64,000 nucleotides of DNA from the IMG/VR virus record IMGVR_UViG_3300009514_000019, positions 3,845 through 67,844 of that record; one strand, given 5' to 3'. How positions within the stretch are numbered: position 1 is the first letter of the stretch; the number at the start of each line of letters is the position of its first letter. Below the pieces are notes generated by a model. The model did no database searches. It saw only the letters and a list, made by a program, of their open reading frames with translations, and had not been told where the DNA came from. Shown here one piece after another: positions 58,707 through 64,000 of the stretch. Source of the stretch: a virus. The position numbers and the translations under genes were made by a program.

Positions 58707-59506
58707 GGTTCCTCCTCACTCATTATTTCATGTAATACATTTCCATAAATCAATAAACCAGGTGTGTATCCCACTAGTACTCCTGGACAAATTACTTTAA
58801 CATCCCACATATATTTGAGGAAATAAGTATTGTTGATCCTATACTTGGTTACTGTTGTGTTCCCTTTATGTTTAACACTCCTTTGCTTTACCAACAATTT
58901 TAGCAACATATTAATTTCTGTATTTATTATTTCAATAAAATTTTGACCTAAATATAGTTTCGCTAACTTTAGGTCAATGTAATATGTTAGCCAAGTAGTG
59001 GGAAAAAGCCTTTGAACAGATTGAATGTAGTGATCGTATCCAGTTAATCCAGGGTCAACTGACATATTGCAAAATACATCTTCCTGCGGCAACTGTGCTG
59101 CAACATAGGTACTCAGGTCATTGAAGTTCCTGTGCTTGCATAATAGCATGAAATTACAATATTGCTGTGCAAAAGTATTTGCTAATTTAAACTCCATATA
59201 ATCTATGTTAGGATGCTTTGTAGGAGTATTTTCATACTTCCTTAAAGTGAATTTACAAGTACCTTGGGTGTACATGCATCCGAACACAGGGCATTCAACC
59301 TCTTTTCGGCATTCTTCAATAGTATGTGATTCATCATAATCACCTGTTACAAAATTAGTTAGGTCATACTCAGTTGTTGAATATTGTTTCAACCCTAACA
59401 ATGAGAAATAACTATTTGGTAAAGGAAGTCCCCCTATGTCGAAATTGCCTAACAAGCATTGTTCTTTAAACTTATTTTTTAACTCCATCCAATCACCATG
59501 CATCAT
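58682..59506 (-). CDS. Hypothetical protein
   Basis: 274-aa ORF. Confidence 0.7.
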   Translation of the reverse strand: MMHGDWMELKNKFKEQCLLGNFDIGGLPLPNSYFSLLGLKQYSTTEYDLTNFVTGDYDESHTIEECRKEVECPVFGCMYTQGTCKFTLRKYENTPTKHPNIDYMEFKLANTFAQQYCNFMLLCKHRNFNDLSTYVAAQLPQEDVFCNMSVDPGLTGYDHYIQSVQRLFPTTWLTYYIDLKLAKLYLGQNFIEIINTEINMLLKLLVKQRSVKHKGNTTVTKYRINNTYFLKYMWDVKVICPGVLVGYTPGLLIYGNVLHEIMSEEEPCILGIEI

Positions 59507-59985
59507 ATAGCACTTCCTTGTTTCATCAGGGCAGTTGCATTTTTGTCACATATCTCATTCCAATATACTCCTTGATGCCCTCGTACATGGACCACTTGTA
59601 TGTTAGGTGTCCACCATTTTAGTAATTCAATCCACAAATCAATATTGCATACTTTCTTTCCAGTAGAGTTTTTCCATCCATTTTGCCTCCAAGTATTACT
59701 CCAATCAGTTAATCCTTTTTGAACATATTGGGAGTCTGTTACAATAAATTTAGGAGTAACATCCTTTTGACTACATGTTTTCAAACCCTCAAGCACTGCC
59801 ATCATTTCCATGATATTGTTACTAACATCATTATGTAATCCTGCTTTACCAAATAGTAATGTACCATGTTTTAAAGTATGTTTTATTGAAGTTACTTCAA
59901 TTTCAACACAAACAAATGCGTAAGCTCCTTTTCGATCAGTGTTGTTATTACAACCACCATCAGTGTAAAGTGCAAGTACTTGCAT
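59503..59985 (-). CDS. rnhA: Ribonuclease HI
   Basis: YTDGG, NNIMEM, TDSQYV, W..NGWK, N.DLW, HVRGH, NEICD; TAATG overlap start inside a palindrome. Confidence 0.92.
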   Translation of the reverse strand: MQVLALYTDGGCNNNTDRKGAYAFVCVEIEVTSIKHTLKHGTLLFGKAGLHNDVSNNIMEMMAVLEGLKTCSQKDVTPKFIVTDSQYVQKGLTDWSNTWRQNGWKNSTGKKVCNIDLWIELLKWWTPNIQVVHVRGHQGVYWNEICDKNATALMKQGSAI

Positions 59986-60185
59986 TATCTCCATGCCCAT
60001 TTTTGTCGTTGAGTTATTGTACGTTTTTGAAAACATTTCCTACATGTACTGTTTTTACTTTGATTTAATTTACCTATTGTTGTTATTTTAGTATATGACT
60101 TGCAACAATTACATCGTACTTCGACAATACCTGATTTAACTAATTGTATCACCTCCCAATTTCCCACAGTATAAGGTACTTGCAT
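59985..60185 (-). CDS. Small Zn-binding protein resembling the N-terminal module of the HNH proteins
   Basis: G.W.V...CNCC...L...S.CRKC. Confidence 0.45.
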   Translation of the reverse strand: MQVPYTVGNWEVIQLVKSGIVEVRCNCCKSYTKITTIGKLNQSKNSTCRKCFQKRTITQRQKWAWR

Positions 60186-61129
60186 TATTCCTCCAATGAA
60201 AATATCCCATTACTCACCATTGAGTAAAAGGGACTAGCTTGCAACATATTACAATCAGGGCATCCTAAATACAAGTTTTTCCTGTTCAATGAACATTCGT
60301 TTTTTCCCAACATCCTGAAATCCTTTAGCATGGTTTCAAAATTTCCTTCATACACACTCATGTCATTTAAATGACTTTGTGTTACACTATCGCAGGCGAC
60401 ATCTGGCCAAATACTCCACATGTCAACACAGTCACCTAACCATATGTAAAAATCAATATTGTTACAAAGGTCCACTAATAGTAGCAACCTTTGTAGTACA
60501 TCCATTGTAGTAACACAAGTATGTTTCTCAGCTAATAATTCATTTATTTCAGTTATTGGCCACCTTTTTTTAGCACATTTTTCATATGCTTTATTTATAT
60601 TGCTCCTACTAACATGCCAATGATAGTTATTGCCATCATATATTTTTGAAACTACTTGCCCATCATTGGCACTCTGTGTTTCGTGGTATCCTTTTATATA
60701 AAGCTGGTGTCCTTGTGTCAAAACTGGAATAGTAAGGAATTGTCCAACACCTATACTTTGCTCTAAGCTAATTGTATTCTTATACTTTGTTCCCACTATT
60801 ACTAATACTGAAGGTTTTTTTCCATGTTCAATTGCTGTTGTGTTAATCCGAAATATGTTACTGAACCAAGGATCGTCTATTGTTACATTATTTGTAGTAA
60901 ATGTTTCCTCATATATGTCCTCTTTTGGCTCAAGTACATTATATATGTATGGTAGGTAAATAGCATCAAAATAGCTTAGTTGAAGATTGGTTAATTTCCA
61001 AAATCCATCAGCACATTTCCAGGAGTCACAACAATTTTCAAATTTTTCCACTAATGCCTTTCGGTGCTCATATCCTAACTCACTTTCAAATATCCCTGGA
61101 AATACTTCATGGTCCCCACAGTCATCCAT
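60185..61129 (-). CDS. Hypothetical protein
   Basis: 314-aa ORF. Confidence 0.7.
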   Translation of the reverse strand: MDDCGDHEVFPGIFESELGYEHRKALVEKFENCCDSWKCADGFWKLTNLQLSYFDAIYLPYIYNVLEPKEDIYEETFTTNNVTIDDPWFSNIFRINTTAIEHGKKPSVLVIVGTKYKNTISLEQSIGVGQFLTIPVLTQGHQLYIKGYHETQSANDGQVVSKIYDGNNYHWHVSRSNINKAYEKCAKKRWPITEINELLAEKHTCVTTMDVLQRLLLLVDLCNNIDFYIWLGDCVDMWSIWPDVACDSVTQSHLNDMSVYEGNFETMLKDFRMLGKNECSLNRKNLYLGCPDCNMLQASPFYSMVSNGIFSLEE

Positions 61130-61487
61130 GATATTTCTTTCTATAATGCTTACTTCTCAAATACCTTTTCAGGTCCGTTGCAAAACTATTTTCCGCTATC
61201 CAAGGTAAATATTCATTGTCACGTTTTGCTATGTTTCCTACCTGTATTCCAGCATACTTTCCATATGGCATTTCAGTTTTCTCAAATGCAAGTGCTTGCA
61301 CCTCCATCATTTCATCCACATTGTCAACTACATGCTTATTTATTTTCTCAGCCGCGTAGTCAGCAATTACCTGCCAAAACCTACTACTGTCCATTAAGGT
61401 AATGTCAAATGACTCTTGAGCTAAATCAAGTACTGCTTCTGCTTCTTTCCGTGCTCTTATGTTCCTTTGTATTTGTTCACTTGTCAT
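61122..61487 (-). CDS. Hypothetical protein with an MPYGKY.G...YL.W motif
   Basis: Motif of the small MPFGKY domain. Confidence 0.6.
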   Translation of the reverse strand: MTSEQIQRNIRARKEAEAVLDLAQESFDITLMDSSRFWQVIADYAAEKINKHVVDNVDEMMEVQALAFEKTEMPYGKYAGIQVGNIAKRDNEYLPWIAENSFATDLKRYLRSKHYRKKYHG

Positions 61488-61831
61488 GTTATTACCTCAT
61501 ATACAAATACTTTTAATCCTTCTCTTTTAGCAATATCAATCATATGTTTAGTCCCTTTGCTTTTTCCATTCCAAACAGCTATTAACGCTTCGGCATTTTT
61601 AGCCATTTCCTCATTCCTTTTATATCCGGCTGATTTTCCATAGGTGTCCCATTGAGCTAAAAATACTTCACAAGGTATATTTAATTCATCAGCTAATGCT
61701 TCCCCATGCCTATCCACTCCCCTTGCCCCACCACTGATTATACAGGTAATATTCCAACCAGCATACTTCACAGCTTGTTTTACATCTTTATATGTTATCC
61801 CATCCCTGCTGCCAGCTATTATTGTCCTCAT
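61484..61831 (-). CDS. YspA/SLOG-family nucleotide-binding protein
   Basis: IIAGSR, ISGGARGVD, AGYKRN..MA, WNG.S.GT..MI. Confidence 0.85.
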   Translation of the reverse strand: MRTIIAGSRDGITYKDVKQAVKYAGWNITCIISGGARGVDRHGEALADELNIPCEVFLAQWDTYGKSAGYKRNEEMAKNAEALIAVWNGKSKGTKHMIDIAKREGLKVFVYEVIT

Positions 61832-62142
61832 TTACATTTCCTAGTTACTGTTGTACTAAGTTTGAAACTTCTTCCTTGATCTATTACTTTATTACGTGCT
61901 ATATCAGCATTTATTTTATCAACCAAATCCTGTTTGTTCCTATACAATGTCATAGGCCGGCCATTTATCATTATAGTAACAAATTTACTGCTTGGCCTAC
62001 TGCTTGTCCTACTGCTTATGTTTGGCCTAGTAGGTGTACATATTCCGTTACATGCTTTTTCAACATCGGTTCGTTTAATAGCTACTTTCAAGTCAGCTTG
62101 GCACACACTACTAAGTGCAAGTACTAGCACAAACGCTTTCAT
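61828..62142 (-). CDS. Hypothetical secreted protein
   Basis: Signal-peptide-like MKAFVLVLALSSVCQA. Confidence 0.6.
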   Translation of the reverse strand: MKAFVLVLALSSVCQADLKVAIKRTDVEKACNGICTPTRPNISSRTSSRPSSKFVTIMINGRPMTLYRNKQDLVDKINADIARNKVIDQGRSFKLSTTVTRKCK

Positions 62143-62318
62143 TTTGTTTCTCCTTTTGGAATTTTACGAACTACTACATGAAACTCCGCATCAAGTGTTT
62201 GTAGATGCCCTAATATGTAACTAGCTACTGAACTCATTCCAGCAGTAGGTCCATTTGTATACCGAACAACGATTTCTTGATCAGCCGCTTCAGTATCAAT
62301 TTCATCTGTTTCATTCAT
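62139..62318 (-). CDS. Small hypothetical protein
   Basis: GGAGG RBS, ATG at 62318. Confidence 0.55.
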   Translation of the reverse strand: MNETDEIDTEAADQEIVVRYTNGPTAGMSSVASYILGHLQTLDAEFHVVVRKIPKGETK

Positions 62319-62488
62319 CGTTCTTCCTCCCATATGCAAGTACTAGCACTACTGATAAGTATTTCATATTTGCTTCCAATGCTTCAGGAAATTACTACAC
62401 CAAAGTTGTCCAATTTTAACAATCCCTATCAATAAAATCAACTAAATAAACAATTTAACTACGCTTTTAGCCGCAAATAGATAATTAG

Positions 62489-62770
62489 TCATAAATTAAC
62501 CCAAATCTCCTGAATTTTTGAACTTTCTGGCTTCAATAACATTAAATTCTTATTATGTTCATTTACATAGTATTCACATAATTCAGGAGTATCATATTCA
62601 TATACTAACAACCACTTATTGTCCTTATCATATACATAGTATGCTCGTTTCCTTTCAACATAACTAGCATTATCCCTTACCGCAACACTCCACCTCCTAT
62701 TACCTTCTGTATTTAATAAACATCCTTGCACCCATTTAACACCTTTAAACTTTTCCCTATTATCTACCAT
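62489..62770 (-). CDS. Hypothetical protein ending EIWVNL
   Basis: 93-aa ORF. Confidence 0.65.
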   Translation of the reverse strand: MVDNREKFKGVKWVQGCLLNTEGNRRWSVAVRDNASYVERKRAYYVYDKDNKWLLVYEYDTPELCEYYVNEHNKNLMLLKPESSKIQEIWVNL

Positions 62771-63003
62771 ATTTTCATTCCGTATGTGTCGTTAAACATC
62801 CTACTGAATTCACCAGTACCAATAGGTAAACTTAGTAGTTTATCTAGCTTACTAAACTCGTTGACTTTTGGTACAGGATCACCATCAACAAACCTAGCTA
62901 ACTCTTTATTTATTTTACGTTTACTTCTATTTGTATCAACCCCGACCACTTTATTTTCTTTTTTAATGTATTTACTCATAGATTTACCCAAATTGTGTTC
63001 CAA
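62764..63003 (-). CDS. Small hypothetical protein
   Basis: ORF overlapping both neighbours; likely start MSKYI. Confidence 0.55.
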   Translation of the reverse strand: MEHNLGKSMSKYIKKENKVVGVDTNRSKRKINKELARFVDGDPVPKVNEFSKLDKLLSLPIGTGEFSRMFNDTYGMKIW

Positions 63004-63302
63004 ATATTTATTTGTTCAACACATTCAAACACACTGCTGAACACAGTTACCTTTTCATGTACTTTCCCGCCCACTATATTCCTTTCAAATACTACCTCAT
63101 CATTTTGAATGTATAACGCTTTATTGTTTTTAACCAAACAATATGCATTTCCACACTCATGTATATTCACATCAAAATGTGTTATTATTTGCTTTCCTAT
63201 CCACATAGTTTGCTCCGGTGCAAGTACTTGCACTGCCCCGCTATCGTTACACGCGAAGCATCCGTGTCCCTCACAATTTTCACATATTTTATAATGTGCC
63301 AT
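62976..63302 (-). CDS. Zn-ribbon hypothetical protein ending TIWVNL
   Basis: CENCEG.GC..C..SG; start placed at MAHY. Confidence 0.6.
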   Translation of the reverse strand: MAHYKICENCEGHGCFACNDSGAVQVLAPEQTMWIGKQIITHFDVNIHECGNAYCLVKNNKALYIQNDEVVFERNIVGGKVHEKVTVFSSVFECVEQINIWNTIWVNL

Positions 63303-63487
63303 TTGTTGCCCCTGTGTGCCCCGCATATCCCTTGTGTAGTTTGTGCCCCTCTTTGCCCCACATACTTTAATGCAAGTACTTGCACTCATTGCTATTTTGT
63401 GTTCATCACTTGCCCCCCATTTTGCCTCACATACAAAAAAATTAAAAATAAAAATATATCAAAGTTTGCAGTACACCCACAGCACAT

Positions 63488-63516
63488 ATTATATATGGTC
63501 ATGGGGGTGGGGTCAA
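63488..63516 (-). promoter_or_regulatory. Sigma70-type promoter heading the AT-rich operon
   Basis: TTGACC-17 bp-TATAAT. Confidence 0.7.
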
Positions 63517-63541
63517 TAATATTATAATATATGATATACTT

Positions 63542-63578
63542 AAAAATTCCCATAGCATCACAGCGATGCTATGGGAAT
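63542..63578 (-). terminator. Intrinsic terminator
   Basis: Perfect 14-bp stem (63546-63559 / 63565-63578) followed by a T-run on the minus strand, just after a stop codon. Confidence 0.8.
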
Positions 63579-63584
63579 GACATA

Positions 63585-63749
63585 CTAACGACCAGTTTGC
63601 TCAGCACGTTTCACGCGAGCGAGTGCAAACCCCGCCAACATCAATGGGCAATCCAATTGCTGAGCGACTGCTTGTGGTGTCGGCCAGCGTCCGGTTGTTT
63701 GCCGATACTCGGCCACTGTTTGACAAGCTGACTTGAGTTGTTGTGACAT
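63585..63749 (-). CDS. Small HTH-like protein in the GC-rich terminal segment
   Basis: GGAG RBS; GRWPTPQAVAQQLDC. Confidence 0.55.
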   Translation of the reverse strand: MSQQLKSACQTVAEYRQTTGRWPTPQAVAQQLDCPLMLAGFALARVKRAEQTGR

Positions 63750-63820
63750 AGTAATTGCTCCAATGTTTGAATGATGTGGGCGGGGTTGTCCCGCCCACGA
63801 TTCCCGCACTAGCACATCGA

Positions 63821-64000
63821 CTACACTTCACACACTTCACCACTCGACAGCAATTGCTTGGGTTGTCGCGTTCCGGCAAAGTAATTGGCCACGAATGGAT
63901 TCACCACAAGCAAACTGATGCCGTGTGCTGCTTGTCCGGCGTTGGCAAGTGCCGTTCGGAGCGATCCCCAAGCGGGGTTATGGTTACTGCCGAATTGCTT
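63821..64000 (-). CDS. C-terminal part of a hypothetical protein cut by the window edge
   Basis: Open frame of 59 codons ending ...SGEVCEV*. Confidence 0.4.
   Translation of the reverse strand, partial: KQFGSNHNPAWGSLRTALANAGQAAHGISLLVVNPFVANYFAGTRQPKQLLSSGEVCEV

Larger units (their letters stand above)
1792..63385. repeat. Dispersed 16-bp palindrome family RTGCAAG-YR-CTTGCAY (about 41 copies)
   Basis: 16-mers with the exact core TGCAAGYRCTTGCA start at 1792, 3701, 6375, 8030, 8133, 9967, 13338, 14829, 15930, 19176, 20926, 23329, 24052, 29254, 30773, 33201, 36216, 37373, 38096, 39767, 41168, 42984, 47062, 48138, 50146, 51337, 51853, 53048, 54532, 55653, 57268, 59970, 61286, 63218, 63370. 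One-mismatch copies start at 3066, 7116, 23254, 32652, 62115, 62334. Counted by eye, so a few may be missed. Confidence 0.97.

Noticed and set aside
1792-63385. Palindrome family as a CRISPR array or as REP/MITE elements
   Set aside because: Copies are only 14-16 bp, dispersed at irregular kilobase spacing, with no spacers of constant length, no cas or transposase genes and no target duplications.
798-63731. Plus-strand ORFs in the ORF track
   Set aside because: Nearly all are antisense shadows of convincing minus-strand genes and show no recognisable motifs.
1-64000. tRNA, rRNA, integrase, endolysin or diversity-generating retroelement
   Set aside because: I recognised no cloverleaf, rRNA, recombinase, lysin or reverse transcriptase motifs and no template/variable repeat pair. 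A tRNAscan or HMM search could still find something missed.

Overview
This window is a 64-kb segment of an AT-rich tailed-phage genome (siphovirus-like Caudoviricetes) with essentially every credible gene on the minus strand. In transcription order (right to left) it carries: small accessory genes (SLOG/YspA, RNase HI, degenerate DnaQ-like, dNMP kinase); a 7-deazaguanine DNA-modification cluster (ParB-like, TGT/DpdA-like, Dam-type MTase, QueC, AsnB-like amidotransferase, QueD, QueE, FolE); packaging and head genes (two TerS-like paralogs, TerL with a class 3 intein, portal, protease-scaffold, and a major capsid gene split by a 290-nt group I intron next to a free-standing HNH gene); neck and tail genes with a frameshifted chaperone pair and a 3010-aa tape measure protein; a glycosyl/methyl/sulfotransferase cluster; thyX; and replication genes. 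The most striking unexplained signal is a palindrome, RTGCAAG-YR-CTTGCAY. By eye I count 35 copies with an exact 14-bp core and 6 one-mismatch copies. They occur in all three reading frames of genes, recur at stop-codon/RBS junctions and sit just downstream of two promoters. A second unexplained signal is a shared C-terminal I(W/Y)(V/T)NL tag on four otherwise unrelated small proteins. All calls come from reading motifs by eye; no database searches were run.
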